A stretch of 64,000 bases of DNA from Eledone cirrhosa (taxonomy: Eukaryota), in the NCBI GenBank assembly GCA_964016885.1, contig CAXHJY010000883.1, forward strand, positions 1 to 64,000. Reading direction: 5' to 3'. Below are positions 27,742 to 44,678 of the stretch, in pieces; position 1 is the stretch's first letter, and each line of letters begins with the position of its first letter. Both the position numbers and the translations under genes were made by a program. The notes under the pieces were generated by a model. That model was not told the origin of the DNA, searched no databases, and saw only the letters and a program-made list of their open reading frames with translations.

Positions 27742-28500
27742 ATTGAGAAGGCGTATGTCCTCATAGCGCCTCATATGGCGATGCTAAGCCGTGTCCTCAG
27801 GGAGGAGAAAACCGAAGGGAGGGATGAGGGGAAGGAGAGGGAAAAGGAAAAGGAAAAAGAAAAAGTAAAGGAGAGCACAAGCACGGACCTGAAAGAAAAT
27901 GATATACCCTCCGCTACAGGCAGGGAGGGCAGGCCGGGCAACCAACAAGCTAAGGGCAAAGGTGAAAAGCGAAATCACCTTCCGAAGGAGAACCAAGCGC
28001 AGAGGGACCAGTGGACAGCTGTTCAAAGAAAGAACAGAAAGCACCGAGACACTGGGAGCAAAAAACCCCAAGTAATGTGCAAGTTTTTCAAGAACGGGAC
28101 ATGCTGGCATGGAGAGACAGGGATGGGATGCAGATTCGCCCACCCTAGGTCTCAAACGAACTATGCCCATCATACTCGCGCAACATGCCCCAGTCTAAGC
28201 CGAAATAAGCCGCTCCAGAAGTATGCTGATGTCGCGCGTGCCGCACCAACAAGGAGAAGGCACGCACATGCCGACGAGATACAGATGGCAGCAGCAGATC
28301 AGAAAAATTTTTTAGTGATGGCAGAGAAGATTGTGGGACAGCTGACCTGGCTGCATCGTCTCCAGAGCCAGGGTCATCCACACCAGCACTCGAGACCACC
28401 GCAGTTAAGGGACCCAGAGTGGCCGCCGCTGACACCAGACCAGGTGTCATACCGACAGCCATTACTGGCACCCCAAAAGTCACACCAGTGCTGCTGCTGA
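27742..28500 (+). CDS. LINE ORF1 C-terminal part with CCCH zinc finger
   Basis: [23 protein letters not shown]. The ORF-track N-terminus is microsatellite. Confidence 0.75.
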   Translation: MEKAYVLIAPHMAMLSRVLREEKTEGRDEGKEREKEKEKEKVKESTSTDLKENDIPSATGREGRPGNQQAKGKGEKRNHLPKENQAQRDQWTAVQRKNRKHRDTGSKKPQVMCKFFKNGTCWHGETGMGCRFAHPRSQTNYAHHTRATCPSLSRNKPLQKYADVARAAPTRRRHAHADEIQMAAADQKNFLVMAEKIVGQLTWLHRLQSQGHPHQHSRPPQLRDPEWPPLTPDQVSYRQPLLAPQKSHQCCC

Positions 28501-31460
28501 ATGTCAGGGGCCTGGTGAAACTCAGCAACATGAGTAAAATTTCCTACCTGGGAGACTTAGCCATAAGCAATCAAGCACTATGCATGGCACTAACCGAAAC
28601 GCACCTGACAAGCAGTATAGCAGATGCAGAAATACATATACCGAAATATACTGTATTTCGTTCGGACAGGAAGGAGAGAACTCATGGTGGGGTTGCTCTG
28701 TATATCCGTGAAGATGTCACACCAATTGTACTGTTGACACATTCAAACTCAGTCTGTGACACACTGATAATACATATGAAGCAACTACAGACGGTAATAT
28801 GTGTCACATATCGGCCGCCCGATGCCCCCAGTCATGAGGGTAAATTTGAGGATAGCCTAAGTAGGATAGAAGAGGTCCTTGACAAACTGGACCAGGGTCT
28901 CAACATCCTACTGCTGGGAGACTTCAACCTACCAAAGGTCAAATGGCCTGAGGGCCACCTCCTCCCTGGAATGACGTCAATGGAACAGAGACAGACGGAA
29001 TCCCTGCTGGCCCTCACACACAGGCTGTTCATGGAGCAAGCAATACTCCTCCCAACAAGAGGCGAAAATGTCCTGGACCTCTGTTTTACAAACAACGAAG
29101 TGCTCATCCACAATGTAAAGGTGACACCAACAATTCTCTCGGATCATAACTTGGTAGAGCTAATGATATGTGGTCCAAGAGAACCAACAGAGACAAAACC
29201 ACTAAGAAGCTCCGGGACGCTATCCAGCCTTAACTTCTACGGGGCTGACTGGAAGAAGATTAAGAGTGAAATCGGGAAGCAAACATGGAGTGCAAACATC
29301 GCCACACAAGACACTAACACACAATTTCAACACTTCATGACAACGATACACACCATATGCAAAAAGTGTGTCCCGGAGAAAGAGGCAAACAGACACAAAA
29401 ATCTTATTCCCAGAGATAGGAAAATCCTTATGAGACGTAGAACTAAACTCTCAAACCAGTTGAATAGTCAACAAAACCAAAACAAGAAGGAATCCTATTT
29501 GAAACGTGCACTACTTGACACCGAGATTGCACTCAAGCTTTCACATGAGAATGAGAGGGCAAGGAAAGAGAACAGGGCCATAGAAAACATTAAAACAAAC
29601 CCTAAGGCCTTCTTTAAATTTGCAAAAGAAACTGCCTCAGTACACTGCAAGATTGGACCACTCTTCCACACGGACGGTTCATTAACCGAAAATCCCCAAG
29701 AGATATGTGAAATACTGAACGAACAGTACAAAAGTGTCTTCACATGTCCACTGAGGCACATGCAAATAACGAAGCCAGAGGAGTTCTTTGATGCCACAAC
29801 ACTACATCAAGAAATGGCAACCATCAACCACATAGACATAACGGAGGAGGATGTGGTGTACGCCATTGATGAAATTAGAACAGACTCGGCTGCTGGACCT
29901 GATGGATTCCCAGCAGTTCTCCTAAAAATATGTAAGCGGGCCTTAGCAACTCCACTGAAGATGCTCTTCAGAAGCTCCTTGGCTAGCGGTGTACTACCAA
30001 GGGAGCTGAAAGAAGGCACAATATGCCCTATCCATAAAGGAGGTAGTAGAGCGGAGGCCAAGAACTATAGGCCAGTCTCCCTGACGTCGCATATCAGTAA
30101 GATCATGGAGCGAGTCGTCAGAAAGAAACTAATCACTTTCCTCGAAGAAAATGACCGCCTGACTAGCACGCAACATGGCTTCCGCCCAGGAAGAAGCTGC
30201 CTTACACAGCTGCTACATCACTACGACTGGGTACTGAGACAACTACTAGACAGCTCACATGTAGACGTGATATATCTTGACTTTGCGAAGGCCTTTGACA
30301 AGGTCGACCACGGAATGATATGTCACAAACTACACGGACTCGGCATAACTGGAAAAGTAGGTGAGTGGCTGCATGGCTTCCTAAGGGACAGGAGCCAGGC
30401 AGTCGCAGCAAATGGGGCCCTCTCGAGGGAAACACCGATAACAAGTGGGGTGCCTCAGGGGACAGTCCTGGGACCACTACTGTTTTTGGTGGCTCTCTCG
30501 GACATGCCCTCTGTGGTGCATGCAACAACATCCCTCACTAGCTATGCTCATGACACTAAGGTAGCACAGGCAATCAAAAACCCGGCTGACGCTGCCCTCT
30601 TACAGCAGGATCTGGATGCCATATACAGATGGGCGGAAGAAAACAACATGCAGTTTAATGCTGGCAAATTCCAAGCCCTACAATACAAACCTGCAAACAC
30701 AAACACAAATATAGCGGAACACAGCTACACAGGACCAGGGGGGACCGATATCCCCGTGTCAAAATCGATACGAGACCTGGGCATAGACATGAGCGATGAT
30801 GCATCTTTTTCTTCACACATCATGAAGGTGGCGACAGCATGTAGACGATACGCTGGCTGGATCTTGAGGACTTTCCTTACAAGAGATCGAGACACCATGT
30901 TGACACTGTGGAGGACTTTTGTGCTAAGCCGCCTGGACTACTGCTCCCAGCTGTGGTCACCCCATAGTGTCAAACTAACCACGGGGCTTGAGGCAATCCA
31001 GCGAAGCTACACCAAGAGGATTGCCAAGATGAGGGAGACAAGCTACTGGGAGAGGCTGAAGGAACTGAACCTCTACTCCTTGGAGCGAAGACGGGAGAGA
31101 TACGCAGTGATCTACATGTGGAAAATCCTGGAGGGACTAGCACCAAACTTTGGCATTGGGAGCTGGACCAACCGTCGAACAGGACGTCACTGTGTGGTGC
31201 CAAAGGTCCCGTCTTCCACACCTAGAATAAGGAGCAGATATTGCAATAGCCTGGGATTCAAGGGCCCTCAACTCTTCAACAGGCTGCCGAGGCATCTGCG
31301 AGACTTGCATGGCGTGGAGGTGGATGTCTTTAAGAAACATCTCGACACCTTGTTATCCAGGATCCCGGATGAGCCCACAGCAAGACACGAGGGAAACCTA
31401 AGGGCTGCAGCAACAAACTCCCTCCTACACCAGTGGCCAACCTATACAGGCTGGAGATAA
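28419..31460 (+). CDS. LINE ORF2: APE endonuclease plus reverse transcriptase (YADD changed to YAHD)
   Basis: [99 protein letters not shown]. Confidence 0.95.
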   Translation: MAAADTRPGVIPTAITGTPKVTPVLLLNVRGLVKLSNMSKISYLGDLAISNQALCMALTETHLTSSIADAEIHIPKYTVFRSDRKERTHGGVALYIREDVTPIVLLTHSNSVCDTLIIHMKQLQTVICVTYRPPDAPSHEGKFEDSLSRIEEVLDKLDQGLNILLLGDFNLPKVKWPEGHLLPGMTSMEQRQTESLLALTHRLFMEQAILLPTRGENVLDLCFTNNEVLIHNVKVTPTILSDHNLVELMICGPREPTETKPLRSSGTLSSLNFYGADWKKIKSEIGKQTWSANIATQDTNTQFQHFMTTIHTICKKCVPEKEANRHKNLIPRDRKILMRRRTKLSNQLNSQQNQNKKESYLKRALLDTEIALKLSHENERARKENRAIENIKTNPKAFFKFAKETASVHCKIGPLFHTDGSLTENPQEICEILNEQYKSVFTCPLRHMQITKPEEFFDATTLHQEMATINHIDITEEDVVYAIDEIRTDSAAGPDGFPAVLLKICKRALATPLKMLFRSSLASGVLPRELKEGTICPIHKGGSRAEAKNYRPVSLTSHISKIMERVVRKKLITFLEENDRLTSTQHGFRPGRSCLTQLLHHYDWVLRQLLDSSHVDVIYLDFAKAFDKVDHGMICHKLHGLGITGKVGEWLHGFLRDRSQAVAANGALSRETPITSGVPQGTVLGPLLFLVALSDMPSVVHATTSLTSYAHDTKVAQAIKNPADAALLQQDLDAIYRWAEENNMQFNAGKFQALQYKPANTNTNIAEHSYTGPGGTDIPVSKSIRDLGIDMSDDASFSSHIMKVATACRRYAGWILRTFLTRDRDTMLTLWRTFVLSRLDYCSQLWSPHSVKLTTGLEAIQRSYTKRIAKMRETSYWERLKELNLYSLERRRERYAVIYMWKILEGLAPNFGIGSWTNRRTGRHCVVPKVPSSTPRIRSRYCNSLGFKGPQLFNRLPRHLRDLHGVEVDVFKKHLDTLLSRIPDEPTARHEGNLRAAATNSLLHQWPTYTGWR

Positions 31461-31535
31461 AATGTGTAGCAACAAGGGCGGTGCCTCAGCATGGCCTCAG
31501 CCGGATGGCTGAAACAGGTAAAAGAGTAAAAGAGT

Positions 31536-33794
<2,259 letters not shown>

Positions 33795-33879
33795 ATCAAA
33801 AGATGGTTAAAAGAGTTCCATATATTTTATTATGCGCATTTCAAAAACAAACATATTCACCTTAAGGTTCACCTTACAT

Positions 33880-34822
33880 ATGATACACTGTACCAATAGG
33901 AAATGTATCATATGTAAGGTGAACCCCCGGATAAACTGTAAAACTAGAAACGTAGTCTATAGCATAAGATGTACAGAGGGTACTTGCAGAAACATGACAA
34001 CAACATACATAGGTGAGATAGCTCGTAGCATAGGTGAAAGGATAGACCAACACTGGGGGGAACTAAAAGGACGAAAAAACTCGTCAGTACTATACGAACA
34101 TGCTAGACAACAACATGACGGTAACATAGACAACATAGAAATTAGAATAATATCTAAACATAGGAATGACCCAGCAGATAGTCAAATCAGAGAGGCCAGT
34201 GAAATAGAAATTAGAAGACCAAAGCTAAACAGAAAGAATGAGTGGAACAACAACAACACCCAAACAAACAACACTGACCTGAGAGAAGTATTAATAAGTA
34301 AATAAAATAAAATAAAATAAGATAAATAAATACATACACAAGTACAATAACAACAAGCACATAAACACACACTAGTCACCCAGCAGACACAACACTATAT
34401 ACACTAGTCACACAGCACACATAACACTATACACACACACAAACGCATGCGCAAAGAAGACAAAATAAAATAAAATAAACAAACAAGCAAATAAATAAAT
34501 AAATATATAGACAGACTGAATAAAAAAATGGCGTAGACATACAACACAACAGGAGGAACAAAGAATATAACACCATTGACGATGTTGCAGATGTGCAACG
34601 AAAGATTTATGTAAATTATGTAAACTATATATATGTGTTTGTGTCTATATTGTATCTGTATTATTTTTGACCGTCGGTCAGTCAATGGCAACATTGAGGA
34701 CCGAGTAAGTTAGATCGCAGATATAAAAGACAGCGAGAAGCGAAAACCAACCAAACAGTGAGTGTGTTCTGTTATTAATTCTGGCAATATTACGCAAATA
34801 TGACCCTCCCCAAGTATAACAA
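33880..34822 (+). mobile_element. PLE 3' fragment (GIY-YIG to 34305, pLTR with HHR variant at ~34573-34611), relative of 8068-9132
   Basis: NCKTRNVVYSIRC...YIGEIARSIGERIDQH...RPKLNRKNEW. HHR reads TTGACGA-TGTTGCA GATG TGCAAC-GAAA-GATT-TA. Shares the end motif ATGACCCTCCC.AAGTATAACAATAT. Confidence 0.87.
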
Positions 34823-34852
34823 TATATATACATATATATATACATATATATA

Positions 34853-34948
<96 letters not shown>

Positions 34949-34949
34949 C

Positions 34950-34985
<36 letters not shown>

Positions 34986-35003
34986 TCATATATATATACA
35001 TAC

Positions 35004-35042
<39 letters not shown>

Positions 35043-35044
<2 letters not shown>

Positions 35045-35235
35045 GGAACCAGTAAGACCCCGACAGCTGAGCTCAAGCCGTTTCGACGGCTAATTCATAA
35101 TCAGAATTAGCCGTCGAAACGGCTTGAGCTCAGCTGTCGGGGTCTTACTGGTTCCTATTACCCACTCTACTACCTCAAGTATTGAGTACTTTGGTGCGTT
35201 ATGGTCCACCTGGTTCCTTACCACATTTCCTTCGT

Positions 35236-35237
<2 letters not shown>
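35043..35237 (+). mobile_element. Family X mini-element
   Basis: Perfect ~55-bp fold-back followed by the tail. Confidence 0.87.
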
Positions 35238-35279
<42 letters not shown>

Positions 35280-35289
35280 AATATGTATA

Positions 35290-35341
<52 letters not shown>

Positions 35342-35347
35342 CATATA

Positions 35348-35892
35348 TAATATATTTCGTTCCTGAATTTGTTTAGCAAGATTCTTTATCTTAAAACGTG
35401 TGTTGAAACCGATATGGTTATACGTTGGGTGGGTCATGTTGCCAATAAGAAACACACGCACCAGTGGTTTTCACTCCAATTTATTATAAATTAAATTATA
35501 AATTTAAAAATATATACATTTCCGGTTGTTCATATATTGTCAAAGTTCTTTCGTCACACATTCTGTGACCTCTTCAGTGACTGGGGATTCTTTTCTTTGT
35601 TTTGTGCCTCTCCTATGTTCTGTCCTACGCCATGTTGTTGTTGTGTGTGTTGTGTGCTTAGTTTGCGCATGTGTTACATCCGTGTGTCTGTATGTGTTTT
35701 TATTTGTTTATTTATTTGTTTATTTACATGTTACTGGATGGTTGTTTGTTCTATGTGTGTGTGTGTTTTCATTTTGTCCTTAATTATAAGTTGTGATGTT
35801 GCTACTCCATTAATGTTTTCTATTTAATTTCGGTTGGAGTTCATTCATGTTTATTGCCTCTGTGATTCGTCTAAACATTGCGTCTTTTCTGT
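35348..35892 (-). mobile_element. PLE 3' end and pLTR, 7485-9132 family
   Basis: [26 protein letters not shown] plus pLTR with HHR at 35539-35581. Confidence 0.88.
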
Positions 35893-35905
35893 ATATATAT
35901 GTATA

Positions 35906-36019
<114 letters not shown>

Positions 36020-36044
36020 TATACATATATATATATATATATAC

Positions 36045-36141
<97 letters not shown>

Positions 36142-36182
36142 TATACATATATATATATATATATAAATATATATATATATAC

Positions 36183-36215
<33 letters not shown>

Positions 36216-36216
36216 C

Positions 36217-36295
<79 letters not shown>

Positions 36296-36296
36296 C

Positions 36297-36329
<33 letters not shown>

Positions 36330-36350
36330 CATATATATACATATATATAC

Positions 36351-36450
<100 letters not shown>

Positions 36451-36492
36451 ACATATATATACATATATATATATATATATACATATATTTAT

Positions 36493-36542
<50 letters not shown>

Positions 36543-36545
<3 letters not shown>

Positions 36546-36970
36546 TTGGTAAACGGAATAGAAAATGCTGACAAATTGTTCACAGTTGAAAAATGGTTTA
36601 ATTAGGAATAAAAGAGTATTAGTAATTGTATGGGTTAGTATTCAGTTGTGGTTTTAAGTTTTTAAGTTTTACCGGTTGCGCATTTCTAAATGCTTTTCAA
36701 AAATAATTTTGAGATAGAGTGTCCGTGCTGTTTGCTCTGATCTGAGCAAACAGCACGGACACTCTATCTCAAAATTATTTTTGAAAAGCATTTAGAAATG
36801 CGCAACCGGTAAAAACTTAAAACTTAAAACCACAACTGAATACTAACCCATACAATCACTAATACTCTTTTATTCCTAATTAAACCATTTTTCAACTGTG
36901 AACAATTTGTCAGCATTTTCTATTCCGTTTACCAATATATAATAACTTGTGTGTTACACCTCTATTCTTT

Positions 36971-36972
<2 letters not shown>
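36543..36972. mobile_element. ~195-bp-arm fold-back element with HHR-like motif
   Basis: Arms 36543-36737 and 36744-36940. TTGAAAA-GCATTT AG AAATGC-GCAA-CCGG-TA at 36781-36811. Confidence 0.75.
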
Positions 36973-37024
<52 letters not shown>

Positions 37025-37035
37025 TATATATATAT

Positions 37036-37080
<45 letters not shown>

Positions 37081-37115
37081 TATATATATATATATACACA
37101 TATATATATATATAT

Positions 37116-37266
<151 letters not shown>

Positions 37267-37355
37267 TATATATATACATATATATACATATACATATATA
37301 TATATATACATATATATATACACATATATATATATATATATATACATATATATAT

Positions 37356-37414
<59 letters not shown>

Positions 37415-37419
37415 TATAT

Positions 37420-37490
<71 letters not shown>

Positions 37491-37772
37491 TATACATATA
37501 TATGAGTGTGTGAGAGAGAGAGAGACAGACAGAGAGTGTGCCCCTTTGTTTAAATGCAAATAAAACAACGATGCGTTCCTACTTAACCGGACGCGTTCAG
37601 GAAGAACGCATCAGGTTTATATTGATTTACATTTGAAAAGAGAGTAGTAACCCCGAAACATAAGGAGGAAATATACTAGATAAAAAAAACATTATTTTCT
37701 TTTGCTTTATTTGTCATCGTTTGCTCTTTATACTTTTCCACTGCATTGTACTTCCTTTCTGAAGTTCTCATC

Positions 37773-37809
<37 letters not shown>

Positions 37810-37988
37810 TATAAATATCGAAGTTCTCATCTATTATATATATATATATATAGGTATAAATATCGAAGTTGTAACAGATGCCATTGTCATTATATTACCA
37901 TCCTTTGCCCTTTATGTATTTCTAATGCATTGTACCGGCTTTCTAAATTTCTTATCAGCTATATGATATATCTCACAATATTTCATTT

Positions 37989-38043
<55 letters not shown>

Positions 38044-38047
38044 ATTT

Positions 38048-38127
<80 letters not shown>

Positions 38128-38418
38128 CAGTCTCCTTCTCAACAAAGAAGATGAAAAACTTACCTCAATACTTAATTTTAAATCTCTAATTTTTAGTTTT
38201 TAATTCTTATTAATTCTTTTTATTTCAATACTCAACATTTGATGAGATGAATTTAAATAATACATCAAAGCCGGTTATATTTTATATACTCCATAAACTC
38301 TTTTCTTTTAAAGAATTGTCCCTCTCATTTATTCAATAATGTCACTTTGACAAATCAATAAAAGGAACAAAAAGAAAAACAGGCCCTTAAATATATTTTC
38401 AGTGTTATTTCCAATTTC

Positions 38419-38548
<130 letters not shown>

Positions 38549-38644
38549 ACAACCACCCATAGTTTGTGGTCCCTATGGTGGATGGTGGGCCGGATCCTCT
38601 ACTGGTTAGGAGTCATCAAAACCACGTTTTATTGAACCTGATTT

Positions 38645-38675
<31 letters not shown>

Positions 38676-39186
38676 TATATATTTTTTTTATGTGTTTATG
38701 TATGTGTATTTTATATATATGTATATATATATATGTGTGTATTTTATATATGTATGTATATATATATGTATTTTATATATATATATATGTATGTATATTT
38801 TATATGTATATATATTTTATATATATATGTATTATATATATATATATATGTATGTATATTTTATATGTATATATATTATATATGTATATATATTTTAGAT
38901 ATATATATGTATTTTATATATATATATTTTATATATATATTTATTTTATATATAGATGTATTTTATATGTATATATGTATTTTATATATATATATATACT
39001 TGTGCGTACATATATATATATACACACCTGTATGGATTTGTGTGTGTAGATGTGTGTGTGTCTGAGGGGGTAGGTGTAAGTGTATGTACAAGTCAACTAA
39101 CATAAGCCTTTTATTTCTAAATTTTCAAGTATTTGACTCTAACCATTATTTTAATTATTACCACTTCACATGAATTCCTTAATTTG

Positions 39187-41811
39187 TATGTGGAGGTGGG
39201 TGTGAGTGTATGTGGAGGTGGGTGTGAGTGTATGTGTGGATGTGTGAGTGTATGTGGAGGTGGGTGTGAGTGTATGTGTGGATGTGTGAGTGTATGTGGA
39301 GGTGGGTGTGAGTGTACGTGTGGATGTGTGAGTATGTGGAGGTGGGTGTGAGTGTACGTGGAGGTGGGTGTGAGTGTACGTGTGGATGTGTGAGTTTATG
39401 TGGAGGTGGGTGTGAGTGTATGTGGAGGTGGGTGTGAGTGTATGTGTGGATGTGTGAGTGTATGTGGAGGTGGGTGTGAGTGTATGTGGAGGTGGGTGTG
39501 AGTGGAGGTGGGTGTGAGTGTACGTGTGGATGTGTGAGTGTATGTGGGTGTGAGTGTATGTGTGGATGTGTGAGTGTATGTGGAGGTGGGTGTGAGTGTA
39601 TGTGTGGATGTGTGAGTGTATGTGGAGGTGGGTGTGAGTGTATGTGTGGATGTGTGAGTGTATGTGGAGGTGGGTGTGAGTGTATGTGTGGATGTGTGAG
39701 TGTATGTGGAGGTGGGTGTGAGTGTATGTGTGGATGTGTGAGTGTATGTGGAGGTGGGTGTGAGTGTATGTGGAGGTGGGTGTGAGTGTATGTATGGATG
39801 TGTGAGTGTATGTGGAGGTGGGTGTGAGTGTATGTGGAGGTGGGTGTGAGTGTATGTGTGGATGTGTGAGTGTATGTGGAGGTGGGTGTGAGTGTATGTG
39901 TGGATGTGTGAGTGTATGTGGAGGTGGGTGTGAGTGTATGTGGAGGTGGGTGTGAGTGTATGTGGGGGTGGGTGTGAGTGTATGTGGAGGTGGGTGTGAG
40001 TGTATGTGGAGGTGGGTGTGAGTGTATGTGTGGATGTGTGAATGTATGTGGAGGTGGGTGTGAGTGTATGTGTGGATGTGTGAGTGTATGTGGAGGTGGG
40101 TGTGAGTGTATGTGTGGATGTGTGAGTGTATGTGGAGGTGGGTGTGAGTGTATGTGTGGATGTGTGAGTGTATGTGGAGGTGGGTGTGAGTGTATGTGTG
40201 GATGTGTGAGTGTATGTGGAGGTGGGTGTGAGTGTATGTGTGGATGTGTGAGTGTATGTGGAGGTGGGTGTGAGTGTATGTGTGGATGTGTGAGTGTATG
40301 TGGAGGTGGGTGTGAGTGTATGTGGAGGTGGGTGTGAGTGTATGTGTGGATGTGTGAGTGTATGTGGAGGTGGGTGTGAGTGTATGTGTGGATGTGTGAG
40401 TGTATGTGGAGGTGGGTGTGAGTGTATGTGTGGATGTGTGAGTGTATGTGGAGGTGGGTGTGAGTGTATGTGGAGGTGGGTGTGAGTGTATGTGGAGGTG
40501 GGTGTGAGTGTATGTGGAGGTGGGTGTGAGTGTATGTGGAGGTGGGTGTGAGTGTATGTGTGGATGTGTGAGTGTATGTGGAGGTGGGTGTGAGTGTATG
40601 TAGAGGTGGGTGTGAGTGTATGTGTGGATGTGTGAGTGTATGTGGAGGTGGGTGTGAGTGTATGTGTGGATGTGTGAGTGTATGTGGAGGTGGGTGTGAG
40701 TGTATGTGGAGGTGGGTGTGAGTGTATGTGTGGATGTGTGAGTGTATGTGGAGGTGGGTGTGAGTGTATGTGTGGATGTGTGAGTGTATGTGGAGGTGGG
40801 TGTGAGTGTATGTGGAGGTGGGTGTGAGTGTATGTGGAGGTGGGTGTGAGTGTATGTGGAGGTGGGTGTGAGTGTATGTGGAGGTGGGTGTGAGTGTATG
40901 TGGAGGTGGGTGTGAGTGTATGTGGAGGTGGGTGTGAGTGTACGTGGAGGTGGGTGTGAGTGTACGTGTGGATGTGTGAGTGTATGTGGAGGTGGGTGTG
41001 AGTGTATGTGGAGGTGGGTGTGAGTGTATGTAGAGGTGGGTGTGAGTGTATGTGGAGGTGGGTGTGAGTGTACGTGGAGGTGGGTGTGAGTGTACGTGTG
41101 GATGTGTGAGTGTATGTGGAGGTGGGTGTGAGTGTATGTGGAGGTGGGTGTGAGTGTATGTGGAGGTGGGTGTGAGTGTACGTGGAGGTGGGTGTGAGTG
41201 TACGTGTGGATGTGTGAGTGTATGTGGAGGTGGGTGTGAGTGTATGTGGAGGTGGGTGTGAGTGTATGTGGAGGTGGGTGTGAGTGTATGTGGAGGTGGG
41301 TGTGAGTGTATATGGAGGTGGGTGTGAGTGTATGTGGAGGTGGGTGTGAGTGTATGTGGAGGTGGGTGTGAGTGTATGTGTGGATGTGTGAGTGTATGTG
41401 GAGGTGGGTGTGAGTGTATGTGTGGATGTGTGAGTGTATGTGGAGGTGGGTGTGAGTGTATGTGGAGGTGGGTGTAAGTGTATGTGGAGGTGGGTGTGAG
41501 TGTATGTGGAGGTGGGTGTGAGTGTATGTGTGAATGTGTGAGTGTATGTGGAGGTGGGTGTGAGTGTATGTGTGGATGTGTGAGTGTATGTGGAGGTGGG
41601 TGTGAGTGTATGTGGAGGTGGGTGTGTGTGTATGTGGAGGTCGATGTGTGTGTGTATGTGGAGGTGGGTGTGAGTGTATGTGTGGATGTGTGAGTGTATG
41701 TGGAGGTGGGTGTGAGTGTATGTGGAGGTGGGTGTGAGTGTATGTGGAGGTGGGTGTGAGTGTATGTGGAGGTGGGTGTGAGTGTATGTGGAGGTGGGTG
41801 TGAGTGTACGT
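39187..41811. repeat. GT-rich minisatellite of interspersed 22-bp and 20-bp units
   Basis: TATGTGGAGGTGGGTGTGAGTG and TATGTGTGGATGTGTGAGTG. Confidence 0.97.
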
Positions 41812-41978
41812 GCAAGCCAACCTACATAAGTCTTTTTATTTGTAAATTTTCTACTCTAACCATAATTTTCAGTAGCACCACTCCACTATAAATTCCTCAA
41901 TTTAAGAATGACCTGTAGTATAAATATATAAATGAAAGGTATAGAAAACATTTTATACATATATATATATATACATAC

Positions 41979-42051
<73 letters not shown>

Positions 42052-42107
42052 TATATGTATATATATATATATATGTATGTATATATATATATATGTGTAT
42101 ATGTATG

Positions 42108-42140
<33 letters not shown>

Positions 42141-42713
42141 ATATATATATATGTGTATATGTATGTATATATATATATATGTATATATATATATGTATGT
42201 ATATATATATATATGTATATATGTATGTATATATATATATATGTATATATATATATGTATGTATATATATAGATATGTATATATATGTATGTATGTATAT
42301 ATATATATGTATGTATATATATATGTATGTATATATATATATGTGTATATATATATATGTATATATATATATGTATGTATATATATATATGTATGTATAT
42401 ATATATATGTATGTATATATATATATGTATGTATATATATATATGTATGTATATATATATATGTATGTATATATATATGTATGTATATATATATGTATGT
42501 ATATATATATATGTATATATATATATGTATGTATATATGTATATATATATATGTATGTATATATATATATGTATATATATATATGTATATATATATGTGT
42601 ATGTATATATATATGTGTATGTATATATATATATGTATATATATATGTATATGTATATATGTATATGTATATATATATATGTATATATATATATGTATAT
42701 ATATATATGTATG

Positions 42714-42744
<31 letters not shown>

Positions 42745-43018
42745 GTATGTTTATATATATATATGTATATATATATATGTATATATATATATGTATATAT
42801 ATATATGTATGTATATATATATATGTATATATATATATGTATATATATATATGTATATATATATGTGTATGTATATATGTATATATATATGTATATGTAT
42901 ATATATATATGTATATATATATATGTATATATATATGTGTATGTATATATGTATATATATATGTATATGTATATATATATGTATGTATATATATATGTAT
43001 GTATATATATACATATTA

Positions 43019-43628
43019 TGTCAGGTCACCAGTTGGTGCTACTGGTAACATGTATCCCAGTACAACCTGTCTCATGGTCGGGTCGTTGGCGACTAAACTG
43101 GCAACCCCACCAAGGTTTCTTGGTGAGGAGGGTGACTTTGGACATCCTGCAGGACTAAAAACAAAACCTGTCAAAGGGCAAAGGAGCTCTTAAGAGTCAA
43201 TGGCCATCCAAAATCACCGGGAGAGATGACCCCTTAGCCTTTGTCAAGGCAGAATTCTAGGAGAAGGAAAACTCTGATATAACACCTGCAACCCTGATGG
43301 TATCCAATGATGTTGACTTGTTCTTCTTTTTGGTAAATATCATCTTGGTTAAGAGAGTGGGACTGGCTTTGTGCAGTGCCTTTGCTCACTATAAAAGCTT
43401 CACGGCACAGGCATTGCTTTATATCTGGAGATCTCTCTGCACTTGTCGTCACATGGTACCATGGGCCCAGCACTATGTGTCAATAATTGTCACAAGTGTA
43501 GTGTTTGTACCAGAGTTTTCAAGTCGCTGGCTGGAATAAAAAGTCACATTCGTTCAGCGCATCGGTAGGGGTTCTCCTACATGTATATAAAGTAGTGGCC
43601 GTACTCGAAAACGAGTTGGCAGCCACCA
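43019..43628 (+). mobile_element. Family Z bipartite RTE-derived element
   Basis: Near-identical to 17211-17820. Confidence 0.8.
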
Positions 43629-43698
43629 TGTATATATATATGTATATGTATATATATATGTATATATATGTATGTATATATATATGTATATGTATATA

Positions 43699-43741
<43 letters not shown>

Positions 43742-43747
<6 letters not shown>

Positions 43748-44210
43748 CAGGAAAGAAGGTTGACATGGTTTGCTATACAAAAAAGGTTTTTAATCTCATA
43801 GCTGACAATTGTTTCTCTGAACTGGTAGGTCTAGAGATCGCTATTCGCTTATTTTCACGTTACTCGCATTCTCGCATGCTCCGATGAACTGACTGGTTAT
43901 AATTTTGTATTGGCGATCGAGTAACGTAAAAATAAGCGAATAGCGATCTCTAGACCTACCAGTTCAGAGAAACAATTGTCAGCTATGAGATTAAAAACCT
44001 TTTTTTGTATAGCAAACCGTGTCAACCTTCTTTCCTGATTTATTATTACTCCAAGTGTTTACAACAGGAATTACGGCGTACCCGCAGCGCATCACTATGA
44101 AAACGCCTTGTTGAGTCAAACCAAGCCAAGCGTTAATATCATCCACTACCTGGAATACCATAATTGGACTATACCTAAGTGGACTGCATTTAACTATTAT
44201 TTGTTACCCC
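43742..44210. mobile_element. Fold-back element with 3' half-HHR and tail
   Basis: Arms 43742-43866 and 43917-44043. Contains GAAA-CAATTG-TC-AGCTA, and the tail starts TTACTCC. Confidence 0.7.
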
Positions 44211-44322
44211 GTATATATATATATATATATATATATTATGTATATGTATATATATGTATATGTATATATATGTATATATATGTATATGTATATATATGTA
44301 TATATATGTATATGTATATATA

Positions 44323-44353
<31 letters not shown>

Positions 44354-44593
44354 GTATATGTATATATATGTATGTATATATATATATATATATATACATA
44401 TATATATGTACATATATATATATATATGTATATATATATGTATATGTATATATATATGTATGTATATATATATATATATGTATATGTATATATATGTATG
44501 TATATATATGTATATATATATGTATATATGTATATGTATATATATGTATATACATATATATACATATATATATACATTCATATATATACATAT

Positions 44594-44678
<85 letters not shown>

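Larger units (their letters stand above)
27741..31535 (+). mobile_element. 5'-truncated CR1/L2-group non-LTR retrotransposon inserted in (TA)n
   Basis: ORF1 remnant, uninterrupted ORF2 and a short 3' UTR ending GTAAAAGAGTAAAAGAG. Confidence 0.93.
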
